Positions 50,198 to 63,561 of a DNA stretch of 64,000 nucleotides are shown here, in pieces (the first letter of the stretch is position 1; every line of letters starts with the position of its first letter). Origin of the DNA: Marsupella aquatica (lineage: Eukaryota; Plantae; Marchantiophyta); contig OZ316897.1 in assembly GCA_973895155.1 (NCBI GenBank), positions 14,755,375-14,819,374 on the forward strand. Direction: 5' to 3'. The notes under the pieces were generated by a model. It saw only the letters and a list, made by a program, of their open reading frames with translations. It was not told the origin of the DNA and did not search any database. Both the position numbers and the translations under genes were made by a program.

Positions 50198-51849
50198 TGT
50201 TTGTGGGTTAAAAAAACTAACCAAGGCTAGCTCCTTCACATCCAATTGTTGTCATCATACCCAATTTTTTGATCATATGGTCTCCGATGGTTTTGGTCTC
50301 CAATGGTTTTGGTCTCCTTCAATGTGACTTTGACCATCGTCAAACGCACAGGGGCAAAGGCTACTTACAGTTACAGGCTTGCATTAGTGAGAGGTCCTGC
50401 GTAGGACGGGGGGATATGGCCACCCTACCCACACGTCAGTTGACCCAAGGGTGGTCAAGGTCATCTTGAGGAAGACCTGGGCTTTTTTATTAGGAAAATG
50501 GGTGGGATGATAACCATTGGACCTTAACTCACAAACAAAAAGAGTGGCATTGTGATAAATATAAAAACTTCAGTGACAATATACTTATTATGATAAAGAA
50601 GAGTGGCAACCTGGCTAGTAGATCTCAGATCTAAAAAAACAAATTGTGTATAGTGGGTAGCCAATAGACAGCTTAATATGCAGTTGTGAAATTGAGTACT
50701 AAGTTTCAAACCCCAATTTAATTGAATATTATTATCTTCACACAATTTGCACCAAAAATTCATAAGAAATTGGTGATGCTAGCCGGAACATGTAATAAAA
50801 ATAAAAAGCACTACAGACATTGATCAAGCGCCTGCTCCAAGCAACAAACAAGGGCTAATCATTGACATCCCTATTCCAAGCAACAATCAAGGAAACAATG
50901 ACAATGGGCGCTTTGTTGAAGCACAAGTTCCAGGCCATCTGAGCGGCATCTTAGGCATAGTTAGATAGTTCAAGATCCATCAAAATTTATTAAATCCAAA
51001 CACTTTTTCCCTAGTAACAGAAACACCCTAATTATGCAAAGAAACAATGACGTTATATTCACCTTTTGTTTTTTGAATTTTCTTGAAGGACCTTTTGTTG
51101 GAATTGTCTCCTCTAGAGGGAACTAAAGTCAAGAGAATGCATTGGGTTATTTCCGTTGCTGTTAAATTAGATACTACATAATAAAATTTCAAGCAAACTC
51201 TCTCAACTGGCGCTTTGGAAGTACTTTTGGTTTGTGATTTATCAAACTTTGATTTAATTTGTTGGTTAAAGTTTATGAACTGTCTTGGAAGACTGCCTGA
51301 TTAAGCCTTGTCCAAAATATTTGGTTGCTGGGCATTGAATGGTAGGTCTCAAAGTGAAAAACAGATCCTAATGTTGTCACTAGCTTTATTATGTTGAATC
51401 AATGGGCTGAATATAAATTTCTAAACTGAAATCTATGAGGTATATACTAAATCCTGCATATATATTATCACACAATTCCTCAAAGCAAACAGATCTATTC
51501 AAAAGCCTCAGTTTATTATTTGAATTAGTCTCATAACTAGAGTAGCCTACGATAGGCTCTGAATGTTAAATACTCAGATGCCTTTTTCAATCATACAATG
51601 TAACTAACCTTGAGAACCATACCAAAATTTAGTCGATCAGAAACCAGAAAAGCTTGTTAATTAATTGTAAATGACCAATGCAAACCAGGAGCTATAAGTT
51701 GACCCTCTTTTAGAACAGTGCCTCTAGGGATATCTATGTCAAACTTGAAATCAATAGAATTAGAAAGAGTCATATTCAATTTTGGTGATAAGCAATTTGG
51801 TCAAGCAGACCTTTGTACTGGTTAGATAAAGCAAAATGTTACTCACAAG

Positions 51850-53250
51850 AACACTGAGTAGGACTCTTCAATCGGCTTTGTAGTTTCTATTAGAAACATC
51901 ATTGGGAGGTGGTTGTTACCAGCTAGGAGATTCCAGGCACCGTCTGTCAAGATGGGCAGATTGAATTATTCAGGCACTTATAACCTTTTTGAAGATTCCT
52001 AACAAACTTACATTTGCAGATTGACCTTGACATATGTCTTACAATGATGGTTGATTTGATAAAATGATAAAATGTTGTTCATAGTGTAATAATTAGCATC
52101 ACTATTTGTAGCTAGAAGCAATTTATACGAAATTTATCCAAGAATTTATCATCCTACTTCATTGCATTTTTTTGAGCTTTCCATATCAGTAAGACAAGAG
52201 CTTTCCTATAAAGGTCAGCCCAGTACGTTTGTATGTGCAAGTTTGTTGTCCCCACCCTCAATTGCTGCTTTGTTTTGTCGTATCCTAACCCTTTTAATTT
52301 ACATTTGAACATATGGGGACATTCACACTCAGTCAATTCATCCCTACTCTGGTCAAAGATCCTTTTTCTAGGAGAATGATAGGTATCAAAGGTGAATGTA
52401 TAATGTGTTTGGACAGTAGCAACCGTACCACCCTTGTCAATTATTGAGTACATTCAAACATAATTATTCAAGGATCCAGGAGCAATCCAATCCTTACTAT
52501 TTGAAATGACAAATAGATGGCATATCGATCCTTTTACAACAAAAAATTAATGTCCGAGTATTGCTTGAAGAACAATTTACTCACAAGCAAAGTTTTTTAT
52601 AAGCACTCCGCACAACCCCTGAATCGTCAAGGAAAACATGTGTGTTAAACAAATGCCAATTGTCTAGCCCCTTCCATTGGAACGCTGCCAAGTGCCATCC
52701 ATAACCTGGCCTTCTTCTGATGTTTATTTGTGTAAATTGCAGCGTAATTGCTGACAAAATATTTCCAACTAGTCACTGATGGACAAAGCTAACCTGATTC
52801 ACCTTCGGCAGGTGAAACATGGTTTTGGGCATGTTATTGACTTGAACATACATAACAACACATAGAGCAGGCCTTGCCTTGCAATAGCTTAGTAGTGTGC
52901 CATGATTCTGCCATCAAGGGATTCAAGAATTATAGCCAATATATGCTTCTGGAGAAACACTGGAGGAGAAACACTCCTGGAGGAGAAACACTCCTGGAGA
53001 CTTAGACAACATGTTTTGCTCCTGCCATAGCCACTTCTTGCCATACAATGGGATCTTATAGGAGGTAAATCAAGTGGAATTGCCCCATTACAATCTTCTT
53101 TTCTCCTTCTCGTTTGCTCTCCATTTTCCCCTCCAGCATTTGCCACAACTTGTAATACCTGAACACTCTTTGAATCATTAAAACTCGGCATTGTTGAATT
53201 ATGTTGTTCAGTTTGACAATGGATTTCTGATAAAATCAGACTTTGATTCA
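51850..53250 (-). pseudogene. Heavily decayed transposase-like remnant (possibly Mutator/MULE)
   Basis: Only short motif-like fragments are readable (MDGT near 52700; ETTKPIEESYS near 51880, resembling TxNxxESxH). Boundaries are approximate. Confidence 0.25.
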
Positions 53251-54089
53251 ACTCAACTCACCCCATTTGCCTGATTGAAAATTTGTGAGCTTTAAAGCTA
53301 AATTTAGCCTTATACAATTCCACTGCATCCACTCAGCTCAACTCACTACAGTTGGTTATTTGTTTAAACATTGCTGTTCTTTGTCTCAATTTCAAAAGTT
53401 GGGAATCTGTCAGCTTTCAAAATTCAGTACAACAAAACTGACTCATTCATTGGTTCAACTTCACAGTCCCCTTTCCCCAATTGTCTAAGTGAGTGTCTCC
53501 AAGATTAAAACCTTATTTGAGCTGAAGTCACTCCCTTCTCAGCGCAATGCCCAGGATCTCAAAGTACCAGACATTGCTTGAAAACTCTCATCCAAACCCT
53601 ACTCTACATCAATTCTAACATCAAAGTTGGCGAGCTACTTTTGGGCGGTTACAGAATTATGGTTTCATTGTTCAAACACTCATAAATGTTATACACTGTT
53701 GGAATAACTTTTTTTGCTGATTTGCTGAAATTACAAAATTAAACAAAACAGTTATACATGAAACAGTTTCTAGGTCTCGCGGATTGTATTTTAGTTACTT
53801 TTCTTTTTATGGCATAACGTCTCACATTTGTGGCAAAAGTTACACAAACACGATTGGGGGCCGTTATTTTGATTTGCAAAACCAAGTATTCTTGTTTGTA
53901 GCAGGGCTGGTGTCAATTATGTGGCGCACTATGGTGCATAAAATTTTCAAAAGGACTCCTCATGGGGGTCAGTAATAAAAATAAAAAGCTCTACAACACT
54001 TGTAGGATGAAAGTCTTAACAAAGCTATAGTGTGTCCATCAAACACCTAATTAGAGAATCAAAGAATCCTGTGGTATTGATTTTTGTTT

Positions 54090-54433
54090 TGTTAGATATT
54101 GCTCTAGTCTTGTGACTCATGAGCTAACCACAGTTAGTCTAACTTGGGTTAGGACTTCGCTAATGTTAGCGGTAGTGCTGTTGTGCATATAGCTAGGGCT
54201 GATGCCAGACCCTGGTGAAACTTTGGCTCATTGTTACGGAGCTAGTTGAGAGATAGGGAGAGCTTGTGCTGTGGATGCTTGGTATGGCCGGTCGACCTAG
54301 AGTGCAATAAAGCTCTTGTGTGTTCCCGTGGACGTAGCCTCATGTGGAGGTGAACCACGTATCTCTCTGTGTCGACTATTGTGCGTTGGATGGTTCATGG
54401 GCTTGTTGTTGCGAATGTCGTCTATGCTCAACA
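54090..54433 (+). mobile_element. Solo LTR, Ty1/copia-type (344 bp)
   Basis: TGTTAG...CTCAACA termini and perfect 5-bp TSD TGTTT. Homologous to 35550-35874. Confidence 0.9.
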
Positions 54434-56000
54434 TGTTTTAATTCAACTCTTAAAAATAAGAGTAAAGAAAGCATATAATATTGTTGTGGATGTCATGGTG
54501 CTCTACCATCATAACAACGTTGGATCTATTATGCAGAATAAATCATGGTTATGCTATCTAGTAGACACAAAATTGATTGCCTGGGTCCTCCTGCATCCAC
54601 TATAAATTCTTGGCAATCATCTCAAGTGATCTTCAACTTCCAAAATTTGATCAAAATTGTTTAACTAAGAAGGATCCGTATTTGAAAAAGAATCTAGAAG
54701 AATCAATAGAATAGAATGCAAAGACACTGAATCAAAACTACATCATCATTAAATTAATATTCACAACATGTGAAATATCTTAAAACTATATATTATAGTC
54801 ATTAATAAAATTAATATTATTGTAACAATGGAAACATTTTAGGAGGAAAAAGAGGATTAGCAATGGCAACAAGGGAGAGGGTGTTTTTACAAGCAAGTTC
54901 CATGAACTGTTTAGGTACATTGAGAACCCAAAAGGAATCTAAAACACTCTCTAAACTAAGGTAAATGAGTGAAATCAATGTGCATTTGTCCATATCATGC
55001 AGTTTTTAGATTCCAATTGCACTAACTTATGAATCTGTCAGTGCAAATGAATCGGCACTTATGTGTAATCTGAGGGCTTTTCCCTGCTATCCATCACGTA
55101 GAAAGAGTTGACATGTCTATAATCAATTGTGATCATAGAGCAAACGAACCGGGTGTGGGAAATATTCTGATTTTGAGGGGAGGGGCCCAGATGGTACCTG
55201 AAAACTCAATCTGTAATTTGACCAAGTCATTGAATTTGAGAAATTCTTAGCAAAAATTTAAAATTATAAATATGGATCCATTTATGGTGTTAGACACCAA
55301 CAAAGTGAATCCATGAACTCCAACTCCCTAGCTAGCATAATCATTGAAAACTTTGCAAAGTACAATTTGATGACCCTACCGGTAGTGTTGTTATGATACT
55401 GTAACTGAATCTTTGAAAAAAAAAGGCAAATGGCAGGCATCTACAAATACTCCCCGTCTTTTTAGGGGGTTTTTACTTTTTGTATAAGTAAAGTGCTCCT
55501 TTCAGAAAAAAGAAAACCAAAAAGTGACCAAATTTTGTGTTTAGCTAATTAATATGTTTGTTAGGCTGCCAACGAGGAATAACACAAAATGGCCAAATGT
55601 TCACAAATTGATATTGTTGTAGGGCAACAGTTATTGAAAAAACACAAAAATGTGATAGAATTTTCACAACTCTGTTGGAGTTTTACAGCTCCAACAGAAA
55701 AATTCCTAAAATGAAAATTATTCTCATATTAGCGGCAAAAGTCAATGGATCATGTGATGAAAGAACTCTGCTCGACCTGTTTCCTGAATTCCTTTTTTCC
55801 TCAATATTCTCGATCCAGATCTATTTTCTTTATTTCCTCATTATTTAGGTGAGTCCATATAAGTCGCACTTGATGATGCCCCTTCATATAGGGATAAGTA
55901 TACGGACCCAGCTCATTTAGGGATAACGTAACTCTAATGAGAGAGCTTTTGATTAGGACAGTTTACCCACCGCCAAATGCCAACTCAGTAATATTTATTT

Positions 56001-56385
56001 GTTTGCAAAGTATTCCTGATTGGGGCCTAGCCTAGCTCTTCCCCAAGCGCGAGCGTACCATTTAAAATAATTCCAAAAGGATGACAGACGTCAGCTTTGG
56101 AGGGATATGATGTACTGATTTAATAGCCAACTAAGGAATTTCACATGCGCTTACTGGAGGAGTGAATTTAACAGCTGTGAACTCGAGGAATTGCAAAAGG
56201 CGATGATTAGAGTAGAATGTTGGGGGACAAGGTCGCTTTCAGCAGTCACGTCATTCGCTTTCTAATTATTCTGTTGTCATCCATGCTTCCGACCCGAGTG
56301 TGTTCGTTGGGCTGGACGTTTGGGCTGCGGAGATTGACTCCCTAAACAAGTTACGTCACTGTGAAAGAGGGAGCACTGTGTTCAC
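56001..56385 (+). promoter_or_regulatory. Putative proximal promoter of the Kelch gene
   Basis: Lies upstream of the 5' UTR. Contains reverse CCAAT (GATTGG), CACGTCA and two TGGGCY site-II-like motifs, all conserved in the paralogous block at 63562-64000. Confidence 0.55.
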
Positions 56386-56409
56386 ATCGCCATTCTCCAG
56401 CTCTCGATT

Positions 56410-57228
56410 GCTTCTATTGCTAGAGCGGTAGACTTCATTGAGCGCATGCTGTTGTAGCTGCTTCTATTGCTCGAGAGGTAGACTTCATTGAGCGCATGCT
56501 GTTGTAGCTGTGGTGCGACGAACTCAATCGTCTTTGCCGTGCTCGATCAGTCGACGTCGTTAAGTGAATGCTGTTGTGGCTGTGGTTCGACGAGCTCAAT
56601 CTTTGCCCTCTCATTTGGAGTTGTTAGCATTTCTGCAATCGTTCTGCACCGAAGTGACTGAAGTCGTGATTGCATCTGAGGGCTTCTTATTCAGTCTCCG
56701 ATCAGTTATTTACGGTATTAACGTCTGCTCTCCTTTCTGTTCTCGGCTAATTCCATCCCCTACAGTCACTCCGCTCCACTCTGTATGGCAATTGCTGAAG
56801 TATGGACTTCTACATTCGTGGTCATTGAATTGCTTCTCTTTACTACTGTGTGCCGTTGCACTTTAGTAAGGCAATTCTTGCTCGCTCCTTCCCCAGCGGC
56901 GAACGTTGTAAAACTGCTTTCATGTGCAGACAGTCTTCCGAATCCAAGTTAGTGTGTAATAGGTACTCTAATTCTGTGTGATTCAGCCAGGCCGACTAAC
57001 CTCTGGCTTGCAGATAGTCATTCGAAGTCTTCCCCTATTAATGTTTTTCGAGTTGCTCGCTCCTTCCCCAGCGGCGAACGTTGTTAAACTGCTTTCATGT
57101 GCAGACAGTCTTTCGAATCCAAGTTAGTGGAGTAATGGGTACTCTAATTCTGTGTGATTCAACCAGGCCGACTGACCTCTGGCTTGCAGATAGTCATTCG
57201 AAGTCTTCCCCTATCGATGTTTTTCGAG
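56410..57228. repeat. 50-bp (56410/56460) and 175-bp (56878/57053) tandem duplications in the Kelch gene 5' leader
   Basis: Near-identical direct copies, seen directly. Confidence 0.9.
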
Positions 57229-57470
57229 CGCTTTGTCAATACGCTCAGTTGATCGTCTTCTTGAGCCTGAATGAATGTGTATATTTTTCACTGACTATTG
57301 TGTTCTGTTTATGTAGTCATTCCTTTTCGTAGCTGCCCCTGAAATGTTCTTGTTAAGATTATGATAATCTCGGACGTGGAATCAACGTGTTTGTTAGCAG
57401 AAAATCCATTCTGAGTATTCTCTCCATTCTGAGCTTTCTAAGTCGCTGATCAATTTTGTGTACAGGAATC

Positions 57471-58637
57471 ATGGCATCTTCAGCAATGTCTACTTCGGCA
57501 GCAACGACGGGCAAAAGGAAAAGAGTATCCTCTGTCACTAGTGGCCCGGGAGAATCAAGTCAGAGCCGGGGTCAAAGCAGCTGGATGAACTATCCAGCAA
57601 GAGGACTCCCAGCTGGTCAGTATGCTGCTGTGCACTACACTCGACCAAGACGTTCCGGTGGGTCAGATGTCCACGAGCTTGGTATCTTCTCCATCACAGA
57701 GAATCGATCGTGGTATGATGTGCCGCGGTTCCCCTTTGATGGAGGAATCCGTTCAGGATGCCAGTGCACCTCACTAGCTGGAAAGATATACGTCTTGGGA
57801 GGTGTGATGGAAGGTCATGTCGCCAGCGGAGACGTATTTGTGTACGATCTGATGACAAATGAGTGGGCAAGGCGTGCAAGTATGCTACACCCAAGATTGA
57901 ATTTCGGTGTTGGCGTCCTGCATGGAAAGATTTACGCGTTTGGTGGCAGGAATCGTCGGGAATCTGTAGTTCAGTGCGAGAAGTATGATCCTGAAATCAA
58001 TTCCTGGTTAGATGTATGTGACATCTTGGAGGCTCGAGTGAATCCTCAAATTGCCGCAGTCGGAGAAGAGTTACTCGTGTTCGGTGGACAAGTTTTGGAT
58101 ACTGATTACTTGATTCCCCAGATAGGTCGGTATCGAGATAGGGAACCAGAGACTTTGTTCGATTCCGTATTGGACGGAGCCCTCCTTGACGAACCTGTTG
58201 GCGACTCGGATGACCTGTTCCCATCCACCATAATGTGTTATCATCCAGTGGCGAACACATGGAGATGGATTGAGACTGACAGAGGACAGCATTGGAGCGA
58301 CAGTGTCTTCTTGTCTCATCGACGATTTTATCTGTTGACACGTTTTGGCATTTCTGGATCTGATGACGATGGAGTGACATGGAGTCGTTCGTATCGGTTT
58401 CGCGTTGCTGAGGAACTCACCTATTGGGATATGGTGCCCAAACTCGGTTGTCGAACTCTCCTTCTTAATGGAGAACTCTGGATCGTGAGTCATGGCCCTC
58501 CTGAAATAGAAGCTTTTCTTCTTCGAACCAGAGGCTTCAGCAATCGAAACAACGTCCAGATTGCGTTGGAGTTAGGTCCATGTTCTTTAGGAAAATTTGA
58601 CGAAGGTTCTACTATAGTGTTTCCATTAGACCTGTGA
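57471..58637 (+). CDS. Kelch-repeat protein (388 aa), single coding exon, no recognisable F-box
   Basis: Three clear Kelch repeats (GKIYVLGG..YDLMTNEW; GKIYAFGG..YDPEINSW; ELLVFGG..YHPVANTW). N-terminal GKRKR. ATG at 57471 follows an acceptor-like tgtgtacag. Confidence 0.9.
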   Translation: MASSAMSTSAATTGKRKRVSSVTSGPGESSQSRGQSSWMNYPARGLPAGQYAAVHYTRPRRSGGSDVHELGIFSITENRSWYDVPRFPFDGGIRSGCQCTSLAGKIYVLGGVMEGHVASGDVFVYDLMTNEWARRASMLHPRLNFGVGVLHGKIYAFGGRNRRESVVQCEKYDPEINSWLDVCDILEARVNPQIAAVGEELLVFGGQVLDTDYLIPQIGRYRDREPETLFDSVLDGALLDEPVGDSDDLFPSTIMCYHPVANTWRWIETDRGQHWSDSVFLSHRRFYLLTRFGISGSDDDGVTWSRSYRFRVAEELTYWDMVPKLGCRTLLLNGELWIVSHGPPEIEAFLLRTRGFSNRNNVQIALELGPCSLGKFDEGSTIVFPLDL

Positions 58638-60302
58638 GACTATATCTACATACACGTGCAGGGCCAAATCAGTCTATTTCCATAGTTAGAGACCCACGTT
58701 AAATGAGTTCTTACAGTTTGTTCTTCCGGAATTTTTGAGCTCTGGATACAATTGATTAGTTAGAGCATTGATTAGTTAGAGCAGGCAATCCATTAGTTAG
58801 ATTCGTCAGAGCAATGCGTTCCTGTTTGATGTGTGGGGACCTTAGCAAAGTCTACGTCCATTTTGTATCGGCTCTCTATATCGGCCCATTTTGAGTTTCA
58901 GGGCAACTTTTATAGACTTTCACCTTTTCGGACATTGCCCTTACTAATAAAATACTCTACTTCTGATGTAGTCAGGGTATACGACGAGGATAAACTTGTA
59001 TATTGTATATTTGTAAGCTGGTGCAGTTTGCTGTCAACTATGATAGGATTAGTATAATGTTTGGAGAAAGTTAAAGCAATTACTGCAAGTTGTAATCTAG
59101 GTTGAAATGATTTGTCGTCCCAGTTTACAAACGGTACTTGGAGAAAACTAAATTCAATAATTACATTTACTTATCTTTTTCACTCATGATGCATGTTTAA
59201 TCATTCTCTTAAAGTTTTATTGCACTGCATGGATTTGTTGTCTACAACTAGGTAGGCCCCTTAGCTAGTGCACATCTTACAAATGAGAATTTTGCAGTGA
59301 GTATTTTGACAAGAACATTAATTAAATACAAATACAATCTCTGTATTAAAGTATACATGAGAAAACACTTGGTATTATTGCCTTAGGCTAGACCATTTTA
59401 AGCAAGACTAATGGCTGAGACTTTTTCAGACAGATTGAAGGTTTGATAATCCAAACATTATATATTTAGATTATTATCAAATTTTACAGACTAAGAGAAT
59501 TCTAGTAGTATAGATGGATAGTTGACTACAAAGCCATGTTACATGTACGTGATTTCCAACCCAGTGAAGCTGTATACTAAGGAAGAGAGAGTTCATTTGT
59601 GAGCTAAATTGTCTCTTCCTTCAAATATTTTAAGTTTAATAAAACACCAGCCATGAAGACCCCATGGCCCAGGGGAAGCAAGCAGAACCAGTCAACGTAG
59701 AAAAAGAGGGGCAGGGACACCCACCAGGAAGGAACAACAGTCCCTAGGGCCCTACACCAGCACACAACTCAAGACCAATACTAAAACAGCAAAGGGACAC
59801 AGCCTGAAGAGTGACCCTCCTGGTGCAATCACTCTTGCCCAGCCTTACCCACACCAAAAAGCAATCAAAGTCACCACGTCACCCATTCCTGTGGCTAGCT
59901 AAGAAATACCACTTGTTCCTGATTGACCCATAACAGCCTAGTGCGATATCTACCCAGTGGACTGCTGGTTCCACTGCTGGTTCCACTGCTGTGACATATA
60001 TGATCTGCAGCCTCCAAAAGTTAGAACCAAACATCTAATTTCCAGGTGGTCTGTACCTGAAACATATATTCATTCTTAATTACCTAGCCATAGCCCAACA
60101 GCAATTGGTAAAGCACACAGAATTGTACTATCCTCATGAATCCCGCCCTACCGGTGAGTCTACAGTCTGAATCAAATCTGCGAAACAATGAGAGCTAATT
60201 GGTCTCTTAGATAGAAACTTTTTATAATGGATATATTTGACTTGTTATGATGCACTGCCATGAATGATGTTACATATAATTCCAAATAGAGTGAGTTTCT
60301 AG

Positions 60303-60592
60303 CTTGGGGGTCTCACTCTATGGGGGCCTTTTCATTACCTGTGACATTTTTAGGCCTCGAACCCCCTAAAGTGCAAAAAATTATTATTATTATTTGACTC
60401 CTATAAAATTGGAATATTCCAAAATTTTGATTAAAAAGACCCTAATGTGCTTATAATAAGTCTCAAAATTGTATTTAAAAGACCCTATTATTTTTCTCAA
60501 AAAATTCTTAAGTCTTCCATTAAAATGAATAAAATTAACCTATCCTTTGTTGCACATGATATGCCATTTTTGTGGAAGTAAAATCCCCCGAG
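60303..60592 (+). mobile_element. MITE family A, copy 5 (diverged)
   Basis: Ends CTTGGGGGTCTCACT / AGTAAAATCCCCCGAG. TSD GTTTCTAG/ATTTCTCG (6/8). Confidence 0.9.
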
Positions 60593-61565
60593 ATTTCTCG
60601 TTAGTAGTACCAATCCTAATATACTTTCTTACTATGGAAATAATGACTATGTAGTCATCAAGCCATTAAAAATGGCCAATTATGATTTAGTAGGTATTAC
60701 CACAAAATAATCCACCTTGACTAATGTGTGTAATGTCACTCACATATCAGTTTTTACCTATGTTCATGACATAGGTAACTTGAATCATGTGTATAGATTG
60801 TCATTTAACTACTTTTAAAATCATTGCCTTATGCTTTAATTAAGTACGTAGTTGAATATAATGACCAGGAAAAAACAACTTTTGAAGTGATCATTTCTTA
60901 TCACTGACTTTTGAATGTTTATAGATGATGGTGGATCAACTAAACCTTAACTTGGTCAAAGTGTTTAATTAATACCTCCATGTCATGTCTTCTGCCCCTC
61001 CTGGCCAATTCGCCCAATTCTACTCCATGGCAACAACCAGCTTGGTCAGCAGCAGTTAGCTTCTTTGCCCATGCACTCCACAAAGTGGAGAGTTGTCCAT
61101 TGGGCATGCAAGAGTCAACTATGGTAGATGATCAACTAACTTGCCTAGAGCATAGGAAGCAAAGACCCCTAGACGGACTTTAATTGAGGGCTTGAGTAAG
61201 AGCGCCACTTTTCTTATTTGTGCATTTTGTTATTGCTTTTTTGCCACAATATCAATCACGTGTGTCATTGGGATCTTGACAAGGATCTTGACAATGCTTC
61301 AGTTGTGTTGTATGCCTGCCTACTCTCACAGCAAGGCGTGTTTTAGTAGCCCACATATAAAGATTTAACTAAGTTCAGCGAGTTCAATTGCTTAATTTGC
61401 ACAGGACTTTACAAAGATGTTTGAACATATTTGGATGAGGACAGTCCAAGCAATTTTCACATTTTGGTCAACTAAGGATTTGGAATTGAAGTTCCACAAT
61501 GTTTTTAATTATGCTTGTTTTTATGGTTTGATGATAGTTGTCCAAGTCATGTGTAGTTGCATTTT

Positions 61566-62258
61566 GTCCTCCTGATGCCATAAGCCAGAACCAGAACTGA
61601 CACTCATTGTACGTCCAGAACAACACCTTCCTTGGGTGCAGCCCGGGTTGCCCCCCTTACCTATCCATCATCAATTGACCGCCTTGCCCCCAAGACATGC
61701 TCATGGCCAAATTAGCGTAGCTTGTCCTAAAGCTTGTCCCAACACGCGACCAGAACGACCAACTGGCGATGCCCATAATTTTTTAGTTAGGCGTCCGTAA
61801 GTAGAATGCCTTAGCCCGTTGTGATCAGGCCGACCCAGTACTCATGCCTAGGCCCTCAGATGCCATCGTCACCCGAGACCCCCGATCAACCAAACCTGGA
61901 TTGGGCCATAACTTGTGTCCCAAGCGTCCATTGCCTATGGAGTGAACTCCATTGGCCTTAGGCCCAAGAGGAGCTCTTACTCAAGCCCTCATAACTCAAA
62001 GTCCGTCTGGGGGTCCCAACGGTTGACTTTGAGTCCGGCCCTTTTCCATTGACCCAACCAGCCCTCAGCTAGTACAAGTCTTTAGTGTGTGTCATCAGCT
62101 TAGCGCCTTGCCTTCGCCAGTGCCACGCCCCATTGCCCACAAGTCCCCCAATGCTAAGTCCTCCCCGGATGACCGTTCCGGGCTTGGACCATAGGGGAGC
62201 TCGGCATCAGAGTAAACGACGCTGGAGCTAAGTGTTGAGGTAGTCGAGTTCCGCAACT
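61566..62258 (-). mobile_element. Truncated, internally deleted LTR of the AGT...ACT chromovirus family
   Basis: Reverse complement starts AGTTGCGGAACTCGACTACC. About 500 bp are deleted at ~61758, and the 3' ~300 bp are missing. Confidence 0.9.
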
Positions 62259-63561
62259 TGAATAGACCAGTGATGACCAGGATATATATGGAGGTGGCAC
62301 ACAAAATTCCAGATGCAAAACCAGAGGGGATGGCTCTAGACCTTGGATTCTACACAAATTGTGATGAACAATCAGCCAGACCATTAAGTATTGATTTCAC
62401 TTCCAATTTCTTAACAAATTAATCAGGAATGACAATTTAGTTGCTTGGCAATTACATAGTCTGTTTTAACTTTGAAGGATCATTCACCACATGAGTCACA
62501 CATTCAGCAACATGTATGGTTGAATGTCATTTTCAGCAAATTGATCCTCATTGTCAAATGGGTGGATGTAAACTTCTGATTATCCTTGTAACCCTGCTAT
62601 TCCCTTTGATACTTGGGGGTTAAACATTGGCCCACTCTACATATAGAGTATTCATTGGGCAGATTTTCTAATGTGATTCCTGCACTAAGCTCTCCAAGGT
62701 CACCCCTGCACCTGAATCTCTTTTTCATTGTTTATGCTCTTTCACCCCTGCACCTGAATCTCTTTTCATTGTTTATGCCTACTTCAGCTGTATTTCTTAA
62801 CATAAGGGTTGAATTGTTTCAGTCCCCAAAATTTCCCATGTGAGCCTAACAAATTTAGGAAAGCCTTTGGAGTGTAAGATGACTAGCATGAGTCTGACTA
62901 CCGTTTTGGGGAGGGATGGCTTACCCCAACAGCCAGCAAACTATTTGAGCCATTTGGCATGGCAACATTATCTCGCCCTCAAGCCACTCGACAAACTTTG
63001 CCAAATGCTCTGGCATGAGTTTCCGATTGTCTCCAATGAGGAGTATCTGTTGTGCTGAAGGGGTGGCATATCTTCCTGACGTGAAGCTTGGTATGAATCC
63101 GGAACAAGGAGCAGCTGCAATGCAAATGCTCCAATTTGCTCAAATACCCTCATCACGTACATGATTGACATGCAATTGTCCATGCTCACAACCTTAAGAA
63201 CAAGACCCAAATCAAATTTTGTGTCACAGTTGCTTGATTGAGAGGGGGAACGCAAGATTTGAAATTGAAGAACATAATTGTCGTGGAGGAAACAACACAT
63301 TTCAAATTTTTTTTCCTGTTATGACAACAGTTGGTGTTTCCACTAGTCGCCAAAATACTTAACCCGACACTTAAACCAAGACCTTCACCTACTGTAGATA
63401 GCGCTCATATAAGTGACCGTGGCACCACTCAATTATATTTAAACTAGCCCTAATTTGATTGAGCCCTAGACTGTTGATGTGGCCCTACTTTCGTGCCATG
63501 ACTTTTGCGGACGGACAACAGGGCCCCACACCCAGATTTCTAATTTTGAGAGGCCCTAATA

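Noticed and set aside
59640-60200. LINE 3'-end-like remnant (similar impression at 3960-4500)
   Set aside because: No RT motifs or TSD identifiable; compositional impression only.
62840-63300. Protein-like fragments, possibly from a CACTA transposase
   Set aside because: No diagnostic motif and no CACTA terminus seen.
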